Source of the DNA: Octopus vulgaris
Taxonomy: Eukaryota
Assembly: GCA_951406725.2 (NCBI GenBank)
Contig: OX597819.1
Coordinates: forward strand, 53,382,001 to 53,446,000
Reading direction: 5' to 3'
Length of the DNA: 64,000 bases
In this document: positions 52,352 through 64,000 of the stretch, in pieces
How positions within the stretch are numbered: the first letter of the stretch is position 1
Layout: each line of letters opens with the position of its first letter
Program-made: the position numbers and the translations under genes
Notes under the pieces: model-generated
What the model saw: the letters and a program-made list of their open reading frames with translations, nothing else
What the model was told of the DNA's origin: nothing
Database searches by the model: none

Positions 52352-55045
52352 GAGAGAAAGTGAGGGAGACAAGAAAGTGACAATCTAAAAGTGAGAGATA
52401 GAGGGAAATGAATTGGAGTACAAAGTATATGAAGGACAAGAGAGCTGAAGGTGAAAAGAAAGAATGGAAGAATTAATAGATAGGAAAGTAGGGGAGGGGG
52501 ATAAGTGAGAAAAGAATGAAAATAAAACTGGAAGAAGGAAAGAGATGTAGTAATCAAACAGTGATGGGGGTGTTCAAAAGTAGAGAGGGAGAGAAATATG
52601 AGAAAAATAGAGTGAGAAACAAAAAAAAAAAAAGATAGAAAGTAAACCAGATTCCTGTCCTTTTATTTTTTACAAAGAATTGAAATGGCAGTGTACTGCT
52701 GTGTCAAAGTATGAAAGTAGACATTTAGAAACAATGGACTTTGTGATAGTGGACAGTTGTGTGACAGGAGAGTGTAAGTAGACAGCGAGGATAGATCCAG
52801 ACAGGCCAGTGAACAGCTGTGTGGGAGGTCTAAGTGTCTATGGAAACCTGGCACTAGACATCCGTGTAGGAGGTGGATGCAAAGAGTTAGATTGTGTGGA
52901 CACATAGCAATAGACAGTAGTGTGAGGTAAAGTGTTTAAATTTGACAGTAGTAATCAGGTAGAGACAGGAACAGTTAAGTGCCAAATGTGGGGTTAATTG
53001 GTAACTAGGTGTCAGCAAGAAAGACAAGGGGCAATTTCACATTAGAGGAGTGTGTTAGCTGGCAATGGTAAAGAAGACATGGGTACCACTGATAGCTAGT
53101 TAGTGGGGTTCAGAGCTATCCTTGCAGGAGTCAGAAATGAGAAGGTCAATAGTGTAGCAAGATGGAGTCAAGACAAAAGGCCAACAGTTAGCATGGTGGG
53201 TGGGGTGGGGTTAGGTCAGGCAACATCAGTAAAAGAACAAAGATTGGTGACTAGTGTAGTGAGGTCAAAGCTATGCCAATAAGAGAGACAGAAATATTGA
53301 TACTTTCAGACTGAGAGTGTGAGGAGAAGCCATCAAAGAAAACATTGAGACAAGATGACAATTGGAAACCAACAGAACCCAAAGAAGACTGATATTAAAT
53401 ATCATGGTAACAATTAGATCGGGCAGAAGCAGGCCACAGGAGATGTGACTCATCAACAGATGGGTTACACTGCTTAAAAAAAAAGAAAACAAAAACCTCA
53501 AGGTAATGTTTCATTAGGCATATAATTCAGAAAGACCTGCAGGACACAGTCCGCTCAAGACTGAATTAGACTATAGGAAATTTTGGTAAGTTCTATGGTT
53601 GTGTAGAGTAAACCACAGACAGTTCAGGTCTTTGCCTTTAGTACAAGAGTGAAGCAAAAAGAAGGAAAAACAAAAAAGAAGTGGTGTTATCACCTGAGCT
53701 GTGGGCAAAATGTGAAAGCTCATGACCAAGTGGTTGTAGTGTTTGGCTAATTAGCATATGGTTTTGGGTTTGATTCCTAGACAGAAGTGCATTGTGTTCT
53801 TGGGCAAGAAACACCATTGCACACTGCTTCAATCTATTCAGCCAAGAACAGGTACAACCCTCTCTCCCGCCAACTATCATAGTATGGCAGTTCTAGTGAA
53901 GAGCCCTGATAGGGTATCTACGTCTGCTTGTGACTTCATAGGCACCTAAAACAATTAGTGAAAGTATGATGCAGGTTACCAAACCATACTTCCTTGTAAG
54001 TGATGGCTGGCTATAATCGTACTGAACTATGGATAAATAAACAAACCCACATGAAAGATGGGATTGCAAGAGTACCATGGAAGTTGACAGCTACAGGTGT
54101 GTGCATGCACATGTGTGCACACATGCATGCATTTATGTAATAGAGTTCAGAAAAGGATTCAGAAAAGAATGACAAAATGAAGAAAGGTCAAAGCTAGCCT
54201 TTTTCTTTAGGGTACTTTTTTTTGTTTTTGTCTTTTTTATGTTTGAGCCTAGAAATAAAATTGGTGGTAGTATTGAAATGGGAAATGTAGAATAGTGGGA
54301 GGGGATAAGTTATATAGAAGGAGGGATTTGGAAACACAATATAGAATAAATAGAGTATTTATAAATGAAATATTATGAATAAATAGGAAAGAGTAAGAGA
54401 GAGAGAAAGAGAGAGGGAAACGGTTGAGGACAAAGAATGGAATGAATGAGGAAGCTAAAAAAAGAAAGAAAATTAGAGAAAGAAAAGAGTAAAAAGGAAG
54501 GGAGAGGAAGAAAGAGAAATTAGGGAAGAGGAGAGAAAGAATGAAATTCATAATAGTAAAAAAAAAAAAAAGTAAGGTGAGTGTTTGAAAAGAGAAGGAA
54601 AGAAAAAAAAGAAGTGAGTATGAATGTGAAAAGAAGAAAAAAAATTTAAATTAGATTAACTAAAGAAGAAAGAAAGTTAATAGAGATGGCGTTCATCTCT
54701 CAGATGAAGAAATGAAAAAAAGAAAAAAACCTCGAACAGAAATACGAAGAAAATATTTTTTCCGTGATCTTATGGAGAAAAGAAAATGAGACACAAAAAT
54801 ACAAAAAAAAAAGAGAGAGAGAAAAAATAAAGACTGAAGAGAAAAGGAAAAAAAATTGGAAAAAAAAAACAAGGAAAAAAGAAAATTAAAAACTTGGAAA
54901 CCTAAATAACAAGAGAAGAAACATTGAAATTGGTTATGAAAAGAAAATCTATTAGGTTGATCTGAAAATAGATTTTCTAAGTTTGCCTATTTGATGGGAA
55001 TTATTTGGGAAAGAAGACACACACATTCAAAATTACATACATATT

Positions 55046-55078
<33 letters not shown>

Positions 55079-55602
55079 CACACACACACATACATACATA
55101 TTTGTGTACACATACACACACACACTCACAATACTAATAAATAGATAAATAAACAAGCGGGAGGAGGATGGCAGTGGAAGACAAAGGTGGGGGGTAGGGT
55201 ATGAAGACAGAACAGTTTGAGGAGGGAGAGGTTGTTGGCTTTCATAATATAGTGAGAGAGAGAAAGAGAGAGAGAGAGGGAGGGAAAGGTGTGTGAGAGG
55301 GGTAGGGGTGAATATGTGAAGAAGAGAAATTTGAAGAAATGAGAGACATAGAAAGATAGACAGAGAGAGAAGGGGGACGAAAAGGGTTTAAAAGAATGTC
55401 AAAAGGGAATATAGAGAGAATGGATTTCTTGTTTTTCCTTGTTTCCATCATCTTTTAAGTATGTGTGTGGTTATGTGTGCATTCTTGTTGTTGTGTGTAT
55501 GTGTTTGGTTACCTTGTGTTTCTGTGTGTATGTGTGTGTTTTGCATGTGCGTGTGTGTTTAAATGTAAATCAATGAATATCAACATTAAAATATGAAAAC
55601 TA

Positions 55603-55638
<36 letters not shown>

Positions 55639-56659
55639 TACAAAAAAAAAACAATAAAAATCTAGCATAAGAACAAAGAAACAAACAAATGAAAAAAAAA
55701 TATAGGAAAATTTTTGAAATCAGAATGAAAAATATTCAATGAGACTACTATAGGAAAAAGAATTATTGAATAGAGATTGATGAATTAAAAGAAAAAAAAA
55801 ATTTTAAATAAAATAAAATAAAAATTCAATAAAATTGAATAGCTTTAAAAAATATGTAAATAAATGAAATAAATAAATAAATAAATACTGTGAAAAGAAA
55901 GGAAAAAAGGAAGAGGATGGAAAAAAAGAAAAAGAGAAATGTAAGACAGAAAATGAAACAAATCTCAAAGAAAGCACAAGTAGGTGGAGAAGATCTGTAG
56001 AAGTTAATATGTAGAAGATGAATGTTTATAAATCTGTGTGTGTGTGTGTATGTGTGTGTATACAATGCTATCATGAAGATGTCATCCATTAAAAACATAA
56101 AAATAAATAAAAATAAAAAAAAATAAAAAATCAGTATACATATTAAGGTTTTAAATTGGAAAGCATATATACCAGTGCACTCACACACATAGAGGAACAC
56201 ACATAGAAATGCAAATGTTGATGAATTCCTTTCTGTGTAGTCGTGTATGCGTGCCTATGTAGTTACATGTATGTGCATGTGTCAAGAAGAGCGACAGTAT
56301 GCTATATTGCATACCTATTCAACATATGCCAGCAAGAATTTCTCCCAAAGAAAAAAAAAGGAAAAAAAAAAAATTGATGGGGGCGATGGTGGTAGCAGTG
56401 GTTGGTGGAAGGGGAAGATTGAGATGAGCGTAATTGGTGTATGTATCTTGGTGTACACATGCATGCATGTATCTGTACACATTTGTATATTCACAGGTGC
56501 ATTTCTTTATTTATATAAATATGCATACATGCACACACACATGTATGTATGCATAACATATAATTGTGTGTGTGTGTGTGTGTACAATGTACATATCCAT
56601 GAGGGTCTGTATTATGAATCTAAGTTTCAACAGATCCATGCATGCTTATGTATGTTTAC

Positions 56660-56670
56660 ATTTATGTATA

Positions 56671-56711
<41 letters not shown>

Positions 56712-57135
56712 TACACACACAAACACACGTATATACATATGTATATACATCCACATATACATATATATATACACCCACATATACATATGTATATACACCC
56801 ACATATACATATATATATACACCCACATATACATATGTATATACACCCACATATACATATGTATATACACCCACATATACATATATATATACACCCACAT
56901 ATACATATGTATATACACCCACATATACATATGTATATACACATACATATATATACACACATATATATATACACACATACATATATATACACACATATAT
57001 ATACATATGTATACACACATGCACATATACACGCACAGATATGAACATACACATACATGTGTATACACACAAATACGTGTGTCTATACATACACATGCAT
57101 GTATATAAACATGTATACACACACACACACATATA
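56660..57135. repeat. (TA)n plus 24-bp minisatellite CACATATACATATGTATATACACC (about 9 units) and compound microsatellite
   Basis: Seen directly in the sequence. Confidence 0.95.
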
Positions 57136-57566
57136 CAGAACAGAATGTGTGCTGTAATTATTAGAAGAAGCAGTGAACAGTTAGTTATCCAAAGGATGTT
57201 TCTCTAGCCAATTCTGATGTAATAAAGGACAATAAAACAAAGCAAACATCTTCAGCTAGAATAAACAAAGGAAAAAACATCTTAAATAACAATTTCACTT
57301 CCAGTGAACTTTTTTTTTTATTAAATGTATTTAACGTTTTCCTATTGTTTCTCTTTAGTTTACTTTAAGAGTGTATGCATGTGTATGTATGTGTGTGTGT
57401 ATAGAAGAGAGATAGAAAGAGAAAAGGAAAGACACTTTATTTTCTCAGTTTCTCTGTCTCCATGTTCTCTCTTTATCTCTCATCCCTTTTTATTCACAGC
57501 TTTAGCAGTCTTTCTTTCTTTTCCTACCAGTTTGTATCCCTTTCTGAACACCCTGCTCATATTATA

Positions 57567-57606
<40 letters not shown>

Positions 57607-57631
57607 CTGGCTTCATAACTCTCCCAAGACC

Positions 57632-57687
<56 letters not shown>

Positions 57688-58552
57688 TTTTGTATCTCTT
57701 TCTGACACCCTTTCTGTTATACACACACACACCTATCATTTTACCTCAATCTTCCCATCAATCTGCATCTCTTTGTATCCTTATGTATCTCTCTCAATCA
57801 AAGACCCTCTCCTTCAATCTATTCTTTCACTGTCCCTTATTTTCATTCCCTCCCTCTCGCCTTCTCTTTCTCTCTCTCTCTCTGCATGTGTATACTCATA
57901 TGTGTGTGTATGGAAAACTAACATTAAATGATGATGATGATGATAATGCATGCGCGCACACATACACAGAGAATTTGTAATGTATCTCTTTCTTTATCTA
58001 CACCCTTCTCTTCCACCTTATTTCTATATTGACCTCCCTCAACTTAAAATGAGGAGAAAGAAAAAAAAATAATCAACAAATAATAATAATAAACAATAAA
58101 AGGAAATAAATGGAGATGAGGAGGAAGGAGAGGAGGTGAGAAGAAGGGGAAATGAGAAAATAGTGAAGTGTTGTAAACAGTGATGGGTATTTAAAAACAT
58201 GATGTATATAACAATTAATGGAAGCTGGCAAGAATGGTGCAGAACAGCTGCTACAGGGTAGAAGTGGTGGTGGTGGTGGTGGTGGTGGTGGGGTAGAGAA
58301 GAAACAGTGCAGGAGGAAAAGGGTGGATGAACATAAGCAGAAGGGAAAAAGAGGGGAATGAGTAGGAAGAGGAAGAAAGAAGGACAATAGGAAGAGGGAA
58401 GGGAGAGACAGACAGTTTAAAGTAATCTAATAGAAATAAGGGAGGAAGAAGAGATGATAATAGAGAGAAGGGAAGCGGGGTGAAGGAAATTAGTAAAAGA
58501 GAGGAGATGAGGAGAGAGAAAAAGAGGGACAATGGAGTACAGAGGACACTAA

Positions 58553-58685
58553 AGAGAGAGAGAGAGAGAGTAGATGAGGAAGGAGTCAGGAAGAAAACAA
58601 GGAGTAGAAGAAAGCATGAGAGAGAGAGAGTAGATGAAGAAGGAGTCAGGAAGAAAACAAGGAGAAGAAAGCATAAAAGAGAGAG
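58553..58685. repeat. ~60-bp tandem duplication inside a polypurine tract
   Basis: gagagagtagatga(g/a)gaaggagtcaggaagaaaacaaggag occurs twice. Confidence 0.85.
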
Positions 58686-58958
58686 TGTGTGTGTGTGTGT
58701 GTAAGAAAAGGGAGAGAAGAGAGAAATGGGAAGAGAAAGAGTTAGGGAAGAATATAAAGTGAAAAGAGAGAGAGAGGAATAGGTGGATAAGAGTAGAAAA
58801 ATAAGAGGAGTATAAAGAGAAAGAAGAATAGAGAAGAGGGGAAATGGGAAATATTTCAATTGAAGCAGTGTAATTGAGTAGTTAAACTGCTACAATGTAA
58901 GACAAAAGTATCTGGGATTCAAAACCTGTCACCAGTTTTGATTTTGATTTGTCTAGAG

Positions 58959-59231
58959 CGGCAGTTCTCAACCACTTTTTTTTTTTTTTTTTTTTCACCT
59001 ATGGACCCCCTTTGATTCCTAATTTGCTTGGTAGGACCCTCGCAGTCATTTGGTCTTTAAAAAAAAGTTATATTTTTTATTACTGAATATGATTAGAAAT
59101 TGTATTTATAAAAAAAAAAAAAACTGTCAAAATACTTTGTTTATTGTAGAAGTATAACTGATTTTATTACACATAAACAGAATCTTATATGAACTCCCAA
59201 GGGTCATATGAACCCTGCTTGAGAACAGTTG
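58959..59231. mobile_element. hAT MITE related to the 39312 element
   Basis: Ends CGGCAGTTCTCAACC and TTGAGAACAGTTG; TSD GTCTAGAG/GTCAAGAG (7 of 8); shares the subterminal gggtcatat..accctg motif. Confidence 0.7.
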
Positions 59232-59645
59232 GTCAAGAGTTAAAAGAAACAAATTAATCTGCCATCTTCATTACATCCACAACCAAGGGCATGTGTAACA
59301 GACATGGTATCTATCATTCCAGTCATAAAGCAAACTGACTGATCTGGTCATGTATATAAATGTTTAAATTTACAGAATCATGTAATTCAGACTGGAACAA
59401 AGTGAAAATAACAAATCAATATGGAGTGACAAGCACAGTTACATCTGCTGGGCCCCTCTCTATGCAGGGTACATTATGAAAAATATTTGGCTTTGTGGTT
59501 AAGAAGTTTGCTCCCCAACGATATGGTTTCAAATTCAGTCCCACAATGTGGAAACTTGGGGCAGCTGTCTTCTACTACAGCCCTAGACTAACCAAGCCTT
59601 GTGAATGGATTTGGTTGACAGAAACTGAAAACAGTTGTGTATGGG

Positions 59646-59683
<38 letters not shown>

Positions 59684-62399
59684 TGTCATGGTATTGCATG
59701 ATAGTTGTAAATGAACATCACCCTCACATAAGCAGTATCATTCATTTCCAGTCTTTTATGAAAACAACCATCAAAGGCAGGGCATCATCTTAAATGTAAG
59801 CTGGTGACAAGAAGGATTTCCAGCCACAGAAAGCCTTTCCCAGCAAATTGTATATAACTCATACAAGCAAGAAAAAGTGGACATTAAAATATCGTAGTGG
59901 CAGTGGTTGAGGCAGCAAGGAGCTGACTTCAAAGGTGATATGAGCAGGGCTCTGCTGTCGTACTGTCTGTGCACCACCTAATAGGGCCCACAAGCATAAG
60001 CACATGACTGAATGGGTGCACTAGTAATTACCACAACACCATTTACTTGAAAATTCTTGTAATACAAATTCTGACTATGAAATTTTTTCAAACAATTTTT
60101 AACATATATGCCACCACAACTTTTAGCATGAGACTTGTTCTCTAACTGATCCTTCTTAACAATTCAGGATATACCAATTCTGATCACGGGTACTCTGCAT
60201 AATCCCTATTCATCATCATCAACGTCCGCTTTCCATGCTGGCATGGGTTGGACGGTTCAACTGGGGTCTGGGAAGCCAGAAGGCTGCACCAGGCCCAGTC
60301 TGATCTGGCAGTGTTTCTACAGCTGGATGCCCTTCCTAACGCCAACCATTCCCTGAGTGTAGTGGGTGTTTTTTACGTGTTCCTAAACAGGTAATTTATA
60401 TGCCTACTGCTTGCTTTCTTGGAATATAGTGGCTTGTTTGCATGGTCCTTCTCAAGAATCAGACTATGATTCCTTTTCAATAAATGAAATGGTGAACTCG
60501 TGGGAAACACACTGCATAGGAGGGTTGTTTGGGAGGGAGGGTCTTTTATGTATAAATATCATCATCATCATCATTTATTGTCAATTTTTCATTGCTAGCA
60601 TGGGTTGGACGGTTCAACTAGGGTCTGGGAAGCGAAGAGGCTGCACCAGGCTCCAGTCTGATCTGGCAGTGTTTCTACAGCTGGATGCCCTTCCTAATAC
60701 CAACCACCCCATGAGTGTAGTGGGTGCTTTTTACATGCCACTGGCACAGGGGCCAGAGGAGGCTGGCAACGGCCACGATCGGTTGGTGCTTTTTACGTGC
60801 CACCAGCACGGAAGCCAGCCAAGGTGGCGCTGGCATCAGTCACATTCGGATGGTGCTTTTTATGTGCCACCGATATATATATATATATATATAGAAAGGG
60901 CTTAGACAAACTGCTATAGTTAATAAAATCACAAACAGAAAACTTTTTGAAATCATAATTCTGAGAAATGAGGTGCCTGTAGAAAGAATTACATGCATGT
61001 AAACTATTTTGCCTTCTCAATTACTAAAAAGTGGGGAGGAGCCAAAATATTTTATTAATATGTTAGTGGAGAGCCCTGGTATTTGATCAATTTGAGAATC
61101 ACTAGGTTAGTTGATTGAAGCCAAGCAATGTACTTCTTGTTAACAAATGGGAAGAAAAGAAATGTTTTCTTTAGACATGTGTTCAGCATCTGAATGTATT
61201 TCATATACCTATAGCATCAACAGTATCTCAAAGAAACTGTGTTGCTATTGGTAACAGAATTTCTTTCATATACCAAAATGCGTCAGAACTATGTTCCAAC
61301 ACTGATGTGTGTGAATATATTTGAAATGCATTTTGTTTTTCATTTTGATGTAACTGATTTTATTTTGGAGGATGAATGGTGACATGTAGTGCAGAAAGAA
61401 ATTCACCCACTTGTGCAACAACAGCATAGCAAACATTAAAGTGATGACAGTGGTGTAAGCTAGAGGTATATATATGTATATATATATCTTGGCCTATTAC
61501 CCAATATATCCCCATTAAGTCTCCATCTACAGATCCGTGCCTATATTTGGACTTATTATCTAATGTACTCCTGTTAAACCTCCATTTGCTCCCTACCCAC
61601 CTCTGATACCTTCTCATCAGTAAATATCTCATACAAATGTATGGATTTTCTTTACTATCTAATTCATGCTAACATGAAAAAAAAATAATATAAGACATTA
61701 ATGAAGACTTAATAATCTCTCTCATCATCATTATCATCACTGTTGTTTTAAATGTCTACTTTGCCATGCTTGCATGGGTCAGACATTTTTACAGCTAGGT
61801 GCCTCTCTTATCACCAACCCCACTTATTTTACAAGCAAGGTAATAATTTCCCTAACAAAGAACAAACAGCTCATATGCTTTATGCAGAAAACTGAAAACA
61901 AATGGCACAGGTCAACATGCTTTTTCATTTACAAAGATCACATATATCATGATTAGATATCAAATCTTCTGAGTAAAATTCTAAGGATTTATGTCTACCT
62001 AGCAAAGGCAAAAGAAAACTTTTCCGGTATATTCCTAAAATACATGTAAAAATTATATCTGATGCAATGACAGTAAGGCCAAAGCCTGCAGATTGTTATT
62101 GGTGTGTAGTTACAATCAATGTTACTCATGCAAATTTGTTGTTGTTTAACCCCAAGCCAGAATGGAGCCGGAAGACCTCTGATGAAATGTGGTCCAGCCG
62201 TGACTATCAGGGCCTATACTGTCCAATGAATCCTTGTTTGCATTAAGCAATGTAGTCACTGAAATACAAATGATTACTGCTAGAATGTCATAGGTCAGCT
62301 GCATCAAGGTTCATCTGGACCTAAACAATAATAGAAACAGCTTGTTCAAACAGACCAATAAAAATACTTGTAATTTATAAAGGATGAAGTCTGTTTCAG

Positions 62400-63230
62400 G
62401 TTTATAGCAACTAATGTGCAAAATCTATGTCCTTACGGGTGGCTGTACACCCAGCAAAAACAAGTCTTTGTCTTCAGGTCCACAAAATACTTCACCTCCC
62501 AACAGTTGCTGACTCTCTCAGAAAAACTCAAGTAACACCCACAATGGAATACAGCTACAATAGAATGGCACCACTCTTACACATACAAACATTCTAGACC
62601 ATATATCATCATCAAAAAGAAACCTACCCATCTGATTGACATGGAATCACTCAACAACACACTCCAAACTCTAGCCAACAGAGATACTGTCTCTGCTTTT
62701 TCTGCTGATACAACTATAGCCCTTTGTCCTTCGAGCTGAGTGATCTTGTGCCACTCCCACTCAAACATAGTCAACTCACTAGTTCTCCTCCTCGTGTCAC
62801 TCAGATTGTATTTAACTCTAGCATTTAAACAGGCCATATCTCGCCCAAATAATTTATCAGTTTTATGTTTGAACTAACCAGATTGAGCCTCTCCAACCCA
62901 GCATACAATGTCATGCTAAAAATCAACAATCACATCATCAAAATCTCAAAGATAATGTGATTAAATCAAAACAAGGTGAATAAATAAGCATAACATTTGA
63001 CAGAGTAATCTGAATGTTAAAGGGTTAAAAGAATTCAGACTAGCCACTATACCCAATCCATCTTTCCAAAACATCAGTTCTTTGAATTTCCCTCTTTGTC
63101 CATGTCTTTCCTGTAGTTGTTGATTTGTTTTTGTTCAAGAAGAATATCAACTTCAGTACCCTCACCAGACTTGTAGGGCTTACAATAATCACAGGTATAG
63201 CCCTTTCTCCAGATAATGAGGTAAAGTTAT
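62400..63230 (+). mobile_element. Decayed CR1/L2-group LINE 3' fragment, split by the TTAA MITE
   Basis: Remnant peptides FRSTKYFTSQQLLTL, PTMEYSY, LQTLANRDTVS and, after the MITE, TSHYTQSIFPK. Confidence 0.7.
62812..63028. mobile_element. piggyBac-type MITE inserted in a LINE; a related copy lies at about 33903-34121
   Basis: TTAACTCTAGCATTT ... AATGTTAAAGGGTTAA. The right half (gtgaataaataagcat..tttgacagagtaatctgaatg) is shared with 34068-34121. Confidence 0.75.
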
Positions 63231-64000
63231 TTAAAAAGAAACAGTGGGACCAGGCTACAAAGTAGAGGGTAAGGCCTCAAGAAGTTAAGTTTCTATGTCC
63301 TCGTTTAAATTTCTAAGTGTAAATATTTTACTTTCATTACATTACTAATGACTTGCTCAAAATTAAGAAAGAAAAAAGGCATGAATGTCACAACCTGCAT
63401 TTTTTTTTTCAGATAGAGTTCCACAAGTAAATAGAATTAAATCACCTATTAACAAATATTTCTGATAAGAAAAAGTCAAGGAATCAATTGTATCTTATCA
63501 CACTTACATGGCATTAGATAAATCATTGAAAATGAAACAAAAAGAAAAATGAACTTAGTATGAGTGTAAAGATTAGGAAGAAGAAAAAAAAAAACTAACT
63601 TCTTTTTAAAACCTAGTGAATGCTTGAGGTATTTCCTATGAATTAAATTCAGTGGAACACAAACAAGATAAAATATATATCCCAAAGGGAAATGAAATCA
63701 TTTCTAACTTCTTTTTTTGTTCTCTTAATATAGAGAAGTAGATTCAGATACATGGTTAAGTTGCTGAAAAACTGATGAAAAGGTCATGAGTTCAAACCTA
63801 GCTACAGGCACTGTGTTATGTCTTATGTCCTTGCATCAAGAACATTACTTATTTCAGTCATTCTAGCTGAAAGCAGGTACTATTTCTACTTCTTAGTTGA
63901 GTTCTTAACATTAAGACAGGCATCCAGCTATAAAAAAAACACTTGCGTGGATAATTCATTTTAGAACCGACCAGACTACGTGTGCATGCATGAATGTATG

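Noticed and set aside
52640-53640. Possible old LINE endonuclease/RT relic (also 24540-25640 and 34480-35460)
   Set aside because: Only scattered motif-like remnants; too decayed to call boundaries or clade by eye.
59945-61078. hAT element bounded by CAGGGCTCT / AGAGCCCTG
   Set aside because: Only about a 9-bp inverted match and no matching 8-bp TSD.

Overview
AT-rich, microsatellite- and SINE-dense animal genomic DNA. The repeat families look like those of an Octopus (coleoid cephalopod) genome; this is an inference from repeat style, not a database match. Most of the window appears to be intronic sequence of one minus-strand gene I cannot name. Two exons with good splice sites are visible (46096-45924 and 20310-20202), and their phases require at least one more exon between them. 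The rest is tRNA-derived SINEs, CR1- and RTE-clade LINE fragments, a full-length decayed maT (DD37D) transposon, hAT, piggyBac and mariner-type MITEs, a mini-Helitron, tandem duplications and simple repeats. Nearly all ORFs in the supplied track are artefacts of these repeats. The most striking signal is a type I hammerhead ribozyme motif (37914-37975, + strand) with a palindromic stem III. It sits at the apex of a ~390-nt highly self-complementary unit (37741-38127) that resembles a retrozyme or viroid-like RNA.
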